From Oscillospiraceae bacterium (GTDB taxonomy: Bacteria; Bacillota; Clostridia; Oscillospirales; Oscillospiraceae), in assembly GCA_045537855.1 (NCBI GenBank), contig JAZSQG010000215.1, forward strand, positions 1 through 36,452: a stretch of DNA of 36,452 nucleotides, read 5' to 3'. Shown here in pieces: positions 1 through 7,737 of the stretch. The stretch's first letter is position 1, and each line of letters begins with the position of its first letter. Under the pieces are notes generated by a model, which worked only from the letters and a program-made list of their open reading frames with translations, was not told the DNA's origin and made no database searches. The position numbers and the translations under genes were made by a program.

Positions 1-27
1 ACTTATCAAGCAGGAGGGTTCACTGTC

Positions 28-969
28 ATGCAGAAAACTTTAAAGACGGTTACGAAAGGAAAGCGCAAGAGCATCGGCTGGTATCTGGCGCGTGACTGGC
101 AGCTGTGGATCATGCTCCTGCCTGCCATTGTCTATATCTTCATTTTCTGCTACATCCCCATGTACGGCGCCCAGCTGGCTTTCCGCGAGTATAGCTTCGA
201 AACCGGCATTACCGGCGGTAAGTGGGTGGGCATGAAGTACTTTAACCAGTATTTCAACTCTGCTATCTTTGGCACCACGCTGAAGAATACCTTCACCATT
301 TCTGCAACCAGCATTCTGCTGGGCTTCCCCGCTCCCATCATCCTGGCTCTGCTCCTGAACGAACTGCAGAACGAACTCTTCAAGAAGGTTATCCAGACCA
401 TCAGCTACATGCCGTTCTTCATCTCCACGGTGGTTATCTGCGGCATCATCGTTGACTTCTTCGCTTACAACGGCGCTCTGACCATGCTCCTTGTTAAGCT
501 TGGAATCACCGAAAACAAGGACCTTATGTCCGTCAAGCAATTTTTCCGGCCGATTTACGTCATATCCGGTACATGGCAGGGCGTCGGCTACGGCTCCATC
601 ATCTATCTGGCTGCTCTGTCCGGTGTTGACCAGGAGCTCTACGAAGCTGCGAAGATCGACGGTGCCAACCGCTGGCAGCAGACCTGGCATGTTACCCTGC
701 CCGGCATTGCCCCCACGGTTACCATCATGCTGATCATGCAGATCGGCAGCCTGCTTTCCTCCTCCATGGATAAGATCATCCTTCTCTACCGCCCCCTCAC
801 CTACGAAGTGGCCGACACCATCTCCACCTTCGTTTACCGGCGCGGTCTGATTGAAGGCGACTTCGGCTACTCCACTTCTGTCGGCCTGTTCAACTCTTTC
901 GTCAACCTGATGCTGCTCTTCATGGCGAACAGCCTGAGCCGTAAGTATTCTGAGACGAGCCTGTTCTAA
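28..969 (+). CDS. Carbohydrate ABC transporter permease, LplB/MalF-like
   Basis: 313-aa ORF with GGAGGG about 8 nt upstream of the ATG. Multi-pass hydrophobic profile. N-terminal basic stretch followed by WQLWIMLLPAIVYIFIFCYIPMYG. EAA-type loop YEAAKIDGANRWQQTWHVTLPGI, typical of LplB/MalF-type sugar permeases. Confidence 0.9.
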   Translation: MQKTLKTVTKGKRKSIGWYLARDWQLWIMLLPAIVYIFIFCYIPMYGAQLAFREYSFETGITGGKWVGMKYFNQYFNSAIFGTTLKNTFTISATSILLGFPAPIILALLLNELQNELFKKVIQTISYMPFFISTVVICGIIVDFFAYNGALTMLLVKLGITENKDLMSVKQFFRPIYVISGTWQGVGYGSIIYLAALSGVDQELYEAAKIDGANRWQQTWHVTLPGIAPTVTIMLIMQIGSLLSSSMDKIILLYRPLTYEVADTISTFVYRRGLIEGDFGYSTSVGLFNSFVNLMLLFMANSLSRKYSETSLF

Positions 970-986
970 GTAAGGAGGAAATCATA

Positions 987-1889
987 ATGAAAATTAAAGA
1001 ATCTCCGGGACGGATCGTATTCCACGTCGTCAACATTATCATCATGCTGCTTCTGGCGTTCGCGTGTCTTGCTCCTCTGCTGCACGTTTTCTTCGCCTCC
1101 ATCAGTGACCCCACTCTCCTGACTCAGTATCAGGGCGGCATCATCCTGTGGCCTCTGTATGACGAGACTCATCCCATAACCGCGAAGGGCTATACCTTTG
1201 TTCTGAACAATGCCTCTCTGATTCGCGGCTACGCCAACACCTTCTTCTACGTTGCCAGCGGCTCCATCCTGAGCGTTCTGTTCTGCTCCCTGGGCGGCTA
1301 CTGCGTCTCCCGTCGCGGCACCATGTGGATGAAGTACCTCATCCTCATGATGACCTTCACCATGTTCTTCGGCGGCGGCATGATCCCCACCTACATGGTC
1401 AACAAGTATCTGGGCATCGTCAACACCCGTTGGGTCCTCGTGCTCATGGGTCTGGTCAGCGTCTTCAACATCATCATCGTGCGTACCGCCTTCCAGGCGA
1501 TCCCCGCCAGCCTTGAAGAGTCTGCCCAGCTGGACGGCGCCGGACATATGACCATCCTCTTCCGGATCACCTTCCCCCTTGCCAAGGCTACCATCGCGGT
1601 TATCGCCCTGTTCTATGCCGTTGGTAAGTGGAATGAGTACATGACTGCTGCTATCTACCTGACCAACCGTAAGCTGTACCCCCTGCAGATTATCCTCCGC
1701 GAGATCCTGATCGAGTCCTCCGGCACCAGCGAGTTCGACCTTGCTCAGGAAGCCGGCAGCTACAGCCTCTACAAGAAGCTGCTGCAGTACTCCACCATCA
1801 TCTTCGCGACTGTGCCGATCCTCATGGTTTACCCCTTCGTCCAGAAGTACTTTGTCAAGGGCGTCATGATCGGCTCCATCAAGGGCTAA
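987..1889 (+). CDS. Carbohydrate ABC transporter permease, LplC/MalG-like
   Basis: 300-aa ORF starting 18 nt after the upstream permease, with a TAAGGAGGA RBS. EAA loop LEESAQLDGAGHMTILFRITFPLAK. Six hydrophobic segments. No solute-binding protein or ATPase gene lies in the window (presumably upstream). Confidence 0.9.
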   Translation: MKIKESPGRIVFHVVNIIIMLLLAFACLAPLLHVFFASISDPTLLTQYQGGIILWPLYDETHPITAKGYTFVLNNASLIRGYANTFFYVASGSILSVLFCSLGGYCVSRRGTMWMKYLILMMTFTMFFGGGMIPTYMVNKYLGIVNTRWVLVLMGLVSVFNIIIVRTAFQAIPASLEESAQLDGAGHMTILFRITFPLAKATIAVIALFYAVGKWNEYMTAAIYLTNRKLYPLQIILREILIESSGTSEFDLAQEAGSYSLYKKLLQYSTIIFATVPILMVYPFVQKYFVKGVMIGSIKG

Positions 1890-1903
1890 TCCAGTTATCA
1901 TTG

Positions 1904-1938
1904 AAACCCGGAAACTTCGGTTTCCGGGTTTCTTTTTG
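1904..1938 (+). terminator. Rho-independent terminator after the ABC permease pair
   Basis: Perfect hairpin GAAACCCGGAAAC-TTCG-GTTTCCGGGTTTC followed by TTTTTG. Confidence 0.85.
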
Positions 1939-2038
1939 CGTGGAATGGGACTGTTGAGTTTACTTGTGCTGTAAGATGGGAACATGCGCCTGTTGCGTTC
2001 GTCTGATATATTGAAGACTTTTTGAAGGATGTGTTGTG

Positions 2039-2443
2039 ATGAAAAAGATGCTGCTTTTCATATTCGCACTAATTTGCCTGATACTGCTCACTGCCTGTGG
2101 TGGAGATATTGGCAAGGTAAGGATTCAGACTTGCTCTTCCGATCTCTATTCGCAGGAAGAAATCTCAGATGCTATAGAGACGGCACTGCGCCATTTTCGT
2201 AAAGAGTTTAAGGACTGTACTCTTGCTGAAATTGGCTATCTTGGTGATGAGAAAATCAGGAATTATCAGGAATTTGCTGTGCGTAACCAGGCTGATGATG
2301 TGATCGTACTTGTTTCCAGCTTCACAGTCGGTGCAAGTGGTGGGGATGGTTCTCTCAATCCGAACAGCGTATATTGGGACTGGAAATGGATTCTGGTTCG
2401 TAATAACGGCGGCAAGTGGCGGCATGTTGACCACGGCTATTGA
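2039..2443 (+). CDS. Small lipoprotein of unknown function
   Basis: MKKMLLFIFALICLILLTAC-GG is a classical lipobox signal peptide. The ATG at 2039 is preferred over the GTG at 2036. A weak AGGA lies 9 nt upstream. I recognise no catalytic motifs. Confidence 0.7.
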   Translation: MKKMLLFIFALICLILLTACGGDIGKVRIQTCSSDLYSQEEISDAIETALRHFRKEFKDCTLAEIGYLGDEKIRNYQEFAVRNQADDVIVLVSSFTVGASGGDGSLNPNSVYWDWKWILVRNNGGKWRHVDHGY

Positions 2444-2557
2444 TGGGTTTTGTTTCTACTGTCTTTTAACTTCGTTCTGTGCGAAAAACGACTTCTTTCC
2501 GGAGCGTATGTTCTGGTATTTTGTTCCTCTCACATTGTAAATAAAAACGAAAGAAAA

Positions 2558-2584
2558 AGGCAGGGCGTATGCCCTGCCTTTTTC
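2558..2584. terminator. Bidirectional terminator between the lipoprotein gene and htrA
   Basis: AGGCAGGGC-GTAT-GCCCTGCCT, flanked by an A-tract upstream and TTTTTC downstream. On the minus strand it sits about 20 nt after the htrA stop and is followed by TTTTTCTTTCGTTTTT. Confidence 0.8.
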
Positions 2585-2602
2585 TTACATATAAGCGTTT
2601 CT

Positions 2603-3910
2603 TCAGTTGCCGGGAACCGTATCCATATCCGGTTCCCGCTCGGGAGCAGGAGTCTCGGTTTCTGCTTCGGGTTCTTCACTGTTGTCATCCCCGGGCATTT
2701 CTTCGGGCGCGTCCTCTGGCATTTCTCCTGCCTCACCGCCGGGAGTCTCTTCCGGGGCGGGTGTCTCTTCGGGCGTGATCTCAACTTTTCCGGTAGGATG
2801 CTCGGGGTTTACTTCGTCAAAGGTGATGTAGAGCGTCAGGATCTCACCGTAGCGCCATACTGTGATGGGAGCGGTATCACCTGCATCGTAGGGGAGCTTG
2901 GCCTTTGTCAGGTCTGTAATGCTTCTGACCGGGGTATCGCCAAGCTGAATGATGATATCGCCTTTCTGCAGGCCGGCCTTTTCACCGCAGAGCCCGGGGC
3001 TGATGTCATAGACCATAGCGCCTGCGGGACTTCCGCCCTCAAACTGGTCCTGCGTTACATTGGTCACCGTGATGCCCATGAGAGGGCGGAAGCGTACATA
3101 GCCGTACTCTTTCAAATCTTCCGCGATTTTCAGGGCATCGTTGATGGGGAGGGCAAAGCCGAGACCTTCGGCGGTAACACCGCTGTATTTGGCTGTGGTA
3201 ATTCCGATGACTTCGCCTGCTGCATTATAGACTGGGCCGCCGGAACAGCCGCGGTTCACCGCTGCATCGATCTGAAACATGTTCAGTACTACGCCGTCTT
3301 CAAATTCGATTTCACGATCCGTGCCGCTGATGATGCCGCTGGTCATGGTGTAGGCCAGTTCTTCGGCAGGGTGTCCCATGATATACACGGACTGGCAGGC
3401 TTTCAGCTTATCGCTGTTTCCCAGCCGTGCAACAGAATGGCAGCGTGCATTGATCTTCAGAAGCGCCACATCACTCTGACTGTCGCAGCCGATGATCTCC
3501 GCATCATAGCTGCTGCCGTCCCGGAAGCTGACGGTGGGGGAGAGCTCCAGTTCATTTGCCTCGCTGACTACATGGGCGTTGGTGAGAATGTAACCGTCAT
3601 AGGAAACGACAAAGCCGGTGCCCATAACCCGCTGCAGAACGTTGCCATCCGTGTCGGTGCTGGTATAGGTGGTGATCATAACCGTCTGTTTTTCGGCTGT
3701 TTCATAAAGCTTCACCGGATCTGTTTCGGTGCTGCCGTAAAAATAGGCTACGTTTTCGGGTGCGGAAGTCCGGAATTCCATGGTGCCGTCCCGTACGATC
3801 TCTACATTGCCCAGAATGCCCTGCAGTGCCATATAGCCAGCACTGCTGAACAGCAGCAGAGACAGGCTCAGGACAGCGGCGATGAGGCTCCTGCAATTGC
3901 GTTCTTTCAT
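2603..3910 (-). CDS. htrA: HtrA/DegP-family trypsin-like serine protease with PDZ domain and acidic Pro/Glu-rich C-terminal tail
   Basis: Catalytic triad context: ILTNAHVV (His), DVALLKI (Asp), GCSGGPV (Ser). PDZ-like GLQKGDIIIQLGD. N-terminal membrane anchor LIAAVLSLSLLLF. Start set at MKERN (3910) because AAGGAGGAGGAAA lies directly upstream. The ORF-track start at 3979 has no RBS. Confidence 0.9.
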   Translation of the reverse strand: MKERNCRSLIAAVLSLSLLLFSSAGYMALQGILGNVEIVRDGTMEFRTSAPENVAYFYGSTETDPVKLYETAEKQTVMITTYTSTDTDGNVLQRVMGTGFVVSYDGYILTNAHVVSEANELELSPTVSFRDGSSYDAEIIGCDSQSDVALLKINARCHSVARLGNSDKLKACQSVYIMGHPAEELAYTMTSGIISGTDREIEFEDGVVLNMFQIDAAVNRGCSGGPVYNAAGEVIGITTAKYSGVTAEGLGFALPINDALKIAEDLKEYGYVRFRPLMGITVTNVTQDQFEGGSPAGAMVYDISPGLCGEKAGLQKGDIIIQLGDTPVRSITDLTKAKLPYDAGDTAPITVWRYGEILTLYITFDEVNPEHPTGKVEITPEETPAPEETPGGEAGEMPEDAPEEMPGDDNSEEPEAETETPAPEREPDMDTVPGN

Positions 3911-3962
3911 TTTCCTCCTCCTTATCTGAGGTGAAGCTGTGCCCTTTCGGGGCGGGGTCTTA

Positions 3963-3991
3963 CCGAAAACGGGGCGCACAGTGTGCGCCCC
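3963..3991 (-). terminator. Rho-independent terminator after the Mo-enzyme gene
   Basis: On the minus strand, GGGGCGCAC-ACT-GTGCGCCCC followed by GTTTTCGG, 14 nt after the stop at 4005. Confidence 0.75.
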
Positions 3992-4004
3992 GTATGTTCG
4001 TTAC

Positions 4005-6731
4005 TCAGTTCTGAATGAGCCAGCCGTCCAGGCAGACGCCGCAGCCTTCATCCAGGGGGCGTGCAAAGGCTTCGGGGTAGTCGCGCTTCCAGCTTTCCCA
4101 TTCCGCATCGCTGACTTTTTCCACCTGAGACAGGAAGCCGCTGACGGCCATGCCGGTAGCATTCCGGGAGGTGGGGGCAGCTGGTGTAATGGTGTTGATC
4201 GCACCGCCCCGGTCCAGCCATCCGGGAATGATGGGGTCCAGGCGGGAGCCGTGGTCCACATAGCAGACGCCGGGCATGAGCCGCTCGGTGACATAGGCGC
4301 CGCAGAGGATGATGCCCCGCTCATTAAACACCTTGACGATATCGCCGTGTTTGATGCCCCGGGCTTCGGCTTCGCTGGGATGGAGCCACACGGGCTCGTA
4401 AAGATAGCCGTCCTCGCCTCTGACCTTCATGGTCTCGATTTCACGGGTCCAGAGGATGTCATCGCACTGGGCGTGCATACGCCAGCGGCCGTGGTTGGAC
4501 ATACACAGCAGGGGATACTGCGCTGCCCGGGGAGAGGAACGCCGCTCGTCATGACTGGGTCCGCTTTCGATCCAGTGGGGAACGGGAGGGCGCTCCGGAT
4601 CGTCGGGGGTCCGCTCTGCGATCTGGGTGGAATAGTATTCCAGCTTGCCCGTGGGCGTGGAGAGGGGATTGTTCTCCGGGTCGCGGTAGAATTCCAGCAG
4701 ACCGGCGGGGATCTGGTCCAGCTCCTCCTGGGTCTTGCAGGGGATCACGAAGATTTTGCGCCGCCGGAATTCTTCCCAGGTCATATAGTCTTCGCAGCCG
4801 GTAGCCTTGTAGAGGAACCGTACACGCTCGTCATGGGTGAGCTTGCCGGTATAGGCGTCATAGTATTCCTGACCCAGCTTTTCGGCGACCTTAGCGCAGA
4901 CGTCAAAGTCGCTGAGGCTTTCGCCGATGGGTTCGCAGCAGGGCTCGGCCAGGTAGATGCTTGTGAAAGCACCGCTGGAAAAATCGTTGGCCAGGTCCGG
5001 CAGCTCATGCTTGGTGGCTACGGGGAAAATCAGATCGGCAAAATAACAGTCATTTTCCAGCCAGGGATGCTGCGCAATGATGGTCTCGATGCTCTCGTGG
5101 CGGTAGGCCCGGATGCTGAGATTGCCGTCATTCCAGCAGGTGACCTGACAGGGCGCGTCCGTCCAGATCATGTGGACGCGGCTCATGCCGTCCCGGGGAT
5201 ATTTCATTTCCTCAAACTGATACTGCTGGGTGGGGTGCCGGTAGTTGTTGGGCCCGGGCTGCTGACTGGAGGAGAAGCACTGCAGGCCCCGCCATTCTGC
5301 GTGACCGTTGATGATGGCTTCGTGGACATGGCAGCGTGGAATGAACTGTTTGGGGGCGGGAAGCTGCCGGTACAGGTCGATCAGCTCCGGCGCCCGTTCC
5401 TTCTGCTCTTTGGAGAGTACAAAGCGGTCCATATTCACGATGGGATCCACATCGCCCTCCACGGGCCGCAGGGGGTCGGCGCAGGCGGTGACCCGGGGTA
5501 CGAACTGCCCCTGATAGGGAACGGGGTAATCCCGGTTCCAGAGGTTCCATTCCAGCATCTTCGCCTGATGGACGCCGGGACGGCCCAGACCCTGCATGCC
5601 CAGGAGCATGACTTCCAGGCGGGCAGGCTCGGAGGAGTAGGGGCCGCGGATATAGGGGCCGCCGTTGCCGTGGAGGATGCTGGCGGTCTTTTTGGCCCAA
5701 TCCCGGGCGAGGGCCTTGATGGTCCACTCGGGCGTGCCGCACTTTTCGCTGGCCCAGGCGGGGGTCTTGGGGATGCCGTCCTCCCGGCCCAGAACATAAT
5801 CTTCGAATTTATCAAAGCCGTAAGCGTGGCTGTCGATATACTCCCGGTCGTAGCTGCCCTCGGTGAGCCAGACGTAGGCAATGGCCAGCTGCATGGCGGC
5901 GTCTGTGTTGGGCAGGATGGGGATCCACTTATCGGCATGGACTGCCGCGCCGTAGTTCAGGTCGGGGCAGACATACACGCTCTTGATGCCGATCTGGGAG
6001 AACCAGTAGCACATGCGGCTGGGCAGGTTCATGCCGAAGCCCCGGGGGGTCGTCTCAGGGTCACAGCCCCAGAAAAGCAGCAGGTCGGAGTGCTTTGCAA
6101 TGTCGGGATAGAGGTTTGCCTGAGGTGCCATTTCACCCACGGGCTCACAGCCCCAGACATACTTTGCACCCCAGAACCAGCCTTCCCAGGAGTCCATGTT
6201 CCGCATCTGCAGGGTATAGCCACCCAGCAGGCTGAGAAGCCGGTTGGGACAGCCGTGGCTGGGGGCGGTATTCTTGCCTTCGCCGTGCATGTCCGCCTGG
6301 CAGAGGACAGCCTCGCAACCGTAGGCATCCCGTATGCGCAGCAGTTCGTCCGCAGCGATCTGCGCAGCCTCATCCCAAGAAATGCGCACATAGCGGCTGA
6401 CGCCCCGGTTCTGGGGATTACGCTCGCCTTTGGGGTCCCAGTCCACCCGCTTCAGGGGATAGCGTACCCGGTTCCTGGAATAGACCCGGGTCCGGTAGCC
6501 GATGCCGAAGGGGGTGATGGTGACCCGGTCGGGAGCGGAAAAGCTGCTGCCTCGGGCTTCCATCTTCCAGGGGTTGCAGTTGGCATTGGTGTATTCCGTA
6601 TCATAAAAATACGGCCTGATCCGTGTGATTCGGCCGTCTGTCGTATCCACAAGACAGGGCCCGCCGCTTTCAGGACCCATCAGGCTGAAACTGACGATGC
6701 TCTGGCTGTCGGGTGTAAATTTTGTTTGCAT
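4005..6731 (-). CDS. Molybdopterin (bis-MGD, DMSO-reductase superfamily) oxidoreductase, pyrogallol-phloroglucinol transhydroxylase large-subunit (AthL)-like
   Basis: 908 aa. By-eye collinearity with Pelobacter AthL as I remember it: GGPCLV..DGRITRIRP; WKMEARGSSFSAP; RISWDEAAQIAADEL; DSWEGWFWGAKYVWG; YDREYIDSHAYGFDKFEDYVLG..DGIPKTPAWASEKCG; C-terminal RGIKHGDIVKVFNERG. No N-terminal Cys cluster and no twin-arginine signal. ATG at 6731 is preferred (GGAAGTAGGTGA RBS) over the TTG at 6749. Confidence 0.85.
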   Translation of the reverse strand: MQTKFTPDSQSIVSFSLMGPESGGPCLVDTTDGRITRIRPYFYDTEYTNANCNPWKMEARGSSFSAPDRVTITPFGIGYRTRVYSRNRVRYPLKRVDWDPKGERNPQNRGVSRYVRISWDEAAQIAADELLRIRDAYGCEAVLCQADMHGEGKNTAPSHGCPNRLLSLLGGYTLQMRNMDSWEGWFWGAKYVWGCEPVGEMAPQANLYPDIAKHSDLLLFWGCDPETTPRGFGMNLPSRMCYWFSQIGIKSVYVCPDLNYGAAVHADKWIPILPNTDAAMQLAIAYVWLTEGSYDREYIDSHAYGFDKFEDYVLGREDGIPKTPAWASEKCGTPEWTIKALARDWAKKTASILHGNGGPYIRGPYSSEPARLEVMLLGMQGLGRPGVHQAKMLEWNLWNRDYPVPYQGQFVPRVTACADPLRPVEGDVDPIVNMDRFVLSKEQKERAPELIDLYRQLPAPKQFIPRCHVHEAIINGHAEWRGLQCFSSSQQPGPNNYRHPTQQYQFEEMKYPRDGMSRVHMIWTDAPCQVTCWNDGNLSIRAYRHESIETIIAQHPWLENDCYFADLIFPVATKHELPDLANDFSSGAFTSIYLAEPCCEPIGESLSDFDVCAKVAEKLGQEYYDAYTGKLTHDERVRFLYKATGCEDYMTWEEFRRRKIFVIPCKTQEELDQIPAGLLEFYRDPENNPLSTPTGKLEYYSTQIAERTPDDPERPPVPHWIESGPSHDERRSSPRAAQYPLLCMSNHGRWRMHAQCDDILWTREIETMKVRGEDGYLYEPVWLHPSEAEARGIKHGDIVKVFNERGIILCGAYVTERLMPGVCYVDHGSRLDPIIPGWLDRGGAINTITPAAPTSRNATGMAVSGFLSQVEKVSDAEWESWKRDYPEAFARPLDEGCGVCLDGWLIQN

Positions 6732-6751
6732 TTCATCACCTACTTCCAATC

Positions 6752-6780
6752 ATTATACATGATAATGTGCAACAGGTCAA
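6752..6780 (-). promoter_or_regulatory. Sigma-A-type promoter for the Mo-enzyme gene
   Basis: On the minus strand, TTGACC - 17 nt - TATAAT, about 20 nt upstream of the ATG (very short leader). Confidence 0.6.
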
Positions 6781-6834
6781 TCACCGCAGAAAAGGAAAAA
6801 CAGGAAATCGTCGAAGGGGGAGGCTTTGACTCTC

Positions 6835-6862
6835 TTGCAATTTTTCACTCCTTTGATATAAT
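6835..6862 (+). promoter_or_regulatory. Sigma-A-type promoter for the SDR-aldolase operon
   Basis: TTGCAA - 16 nt - TATAAT with an extended -10 (TGaTATAAT). GGAGA RBS 7 nt before the ATG at 6898. Confidence 0.55.
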
Positions 6863-6868
6863 ATCAAA
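6852..6868. promoter_or_regulatory. Perfect 17-bp palindrome (candidate operator) overlapping the -10 of the SDR promoter
   Basis: TTTGATAT-A-ATATCAAA: 8-bp arms, fully complementary, centred on the TATAAT box. Confidence 0.5.
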
Positions 6869-6897
6869 AAACTCATATTGAAACTGGAGATAAGATC

Positions 6898-7737
6898 ATG
6901 GAAGCTATGCTGAAAGGAAAAGTCGCCTGGGTGACCGGTGCATCCAGCGGTATGGGTGAGGCTACGGCCCTGACCTTCGGAAAGGAAGGTGCCATCGTCA
7001 TCGTGGGCGGTGGCCGCAAGGTGGAACGGGCGATGGAGACCTGCCGGCAGATCGAAGAAGCCGGCGGCGTTGCCCGGTACTACGGTCCTCTGGATGTCTC
7101 CGATCCTCAGAACATTCAGGACCACTATAATAAAATCATTGCCGAATTCGGTCGGGTGGATATTCTGGCCGCCTTTGCCGGCAAGAGCTTTGATAACGAC
7201 AATCTGCCCAAGGAAGAGCATTGGCAGCGCACCATGGATGTGAATATGCGCGGCATGTACGACTGCTGCATGGCGGTCTTCCCGGGCATGAAGGAGCAGC
7301 GCAGCGGCAGCATTATCGTGTGCTCCTCCAACGGTGCTTTCAACCCCACAACGCCTGCCTATGAATACCACATGGCCAAGGGTGCCTGTGAATCTCTGGC
7401 GGCCAATCTTGCCCTGGAGGGCGCGCCCTACGGCGTTCGCGTCAACTGTATCAAACCCGGCTGCATCCTCACCGGTTTCTGGGACGAGCTTATTGCCGAC
7501 AAGGAAGAGCAGCTGGCCTTCACCGCCCAGATCGCCAAGAAAGAGGTGCCCCTGCAGCGGGTGGGCACCGCCCAGGACATTGCCAATGTGTCCCTCTTCT
7601 TTGCTTCCGAACTTTCCTCTTATGTGACCGGTCTGCGCCTCTATGTGGGCGGTGGTCAGGGCTATATCTATTCTGCGGGTCAGTCCTTCCTGCTCAGTGA
7701 CGATGCGCAGGATACGCTGCCTGTGGGTGTCCGCTGA
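6898..7737 (+). CDS. Short-chain dehydrogenase/reductase (SDR) family oxidoreductase
   Basis: Rossmann motif VTGASSGMG. Catalytic YxxxK as YHMAKGA. NG-type SSNGAF. Classical SDR length of 279 aa. Confidence 0.9.
   Translation: MEAMLKGKVAWVTGASSGMGEATALTFGKEGAIVIVGGGRKVERAMETCRQIEEAGGVARYYGPLDVSDPQNIQDHYNKIIAEFGRVDILAAFAGKSFDNDNLPKEEHWQRTMDVNMRGMYDCCMAVFPGMKEQRSGSIIVCSSNGAFNPTTPAYEYHMAKGACESLAANLALEGAPYGVRVNCIKPGCILTGFWDELIADKEEQLAFTAQIAKKEVPLQRVGTAQDIANVSLFFASELSSYVTGLRLYVGGGQGYIYSAGQSFLLSDDAQDTLPVGVR

Noticed and set aside
2450-3934. 494-aa ORF on the plus strand, plus similar long shadows. Minus strand: 6781-7773, 8711-10117, 14249-15583, 17604-19250, 18919-20400, 28475-29569, 29577-31202, 30779-31972 and 33124-34596. 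Plus strand: 12808-14352, 15888-16880, 16918-17916, 27232-28383 and 34433-35539.
   Set aside because: Each lies opposite a gene with strong motif support and a good RBS. Their translations are low-complexity and Arg/Gly/Ala/His-rich. None has a credible SD or start context.
3939-6881. 980-aa ORF on the plus strand
   Set aside because: It is entirely antisense to the AthL-like gene, which has clear family motifs. The translation is Gly/Ala/Val/Pro/His-rich low complexity with no recognisable domain. No RBS. This is a typical GC-rich antisense shadow ORF.
6898-7737. Calling the SDR a phloroglucinol reductase outright, and the locus a complete pyrogallol degradation cluster
   Set aside because: Only generic SDR motifs are visible. 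The adjacent aldolase is a close RhaD look-alike, which fits deoxy-sugar metabolism better. No gallate decarboxylase, ring-hydrolase or BKACE-type lyase is present. This is kept only as a lower-probability alternative inside a finding.
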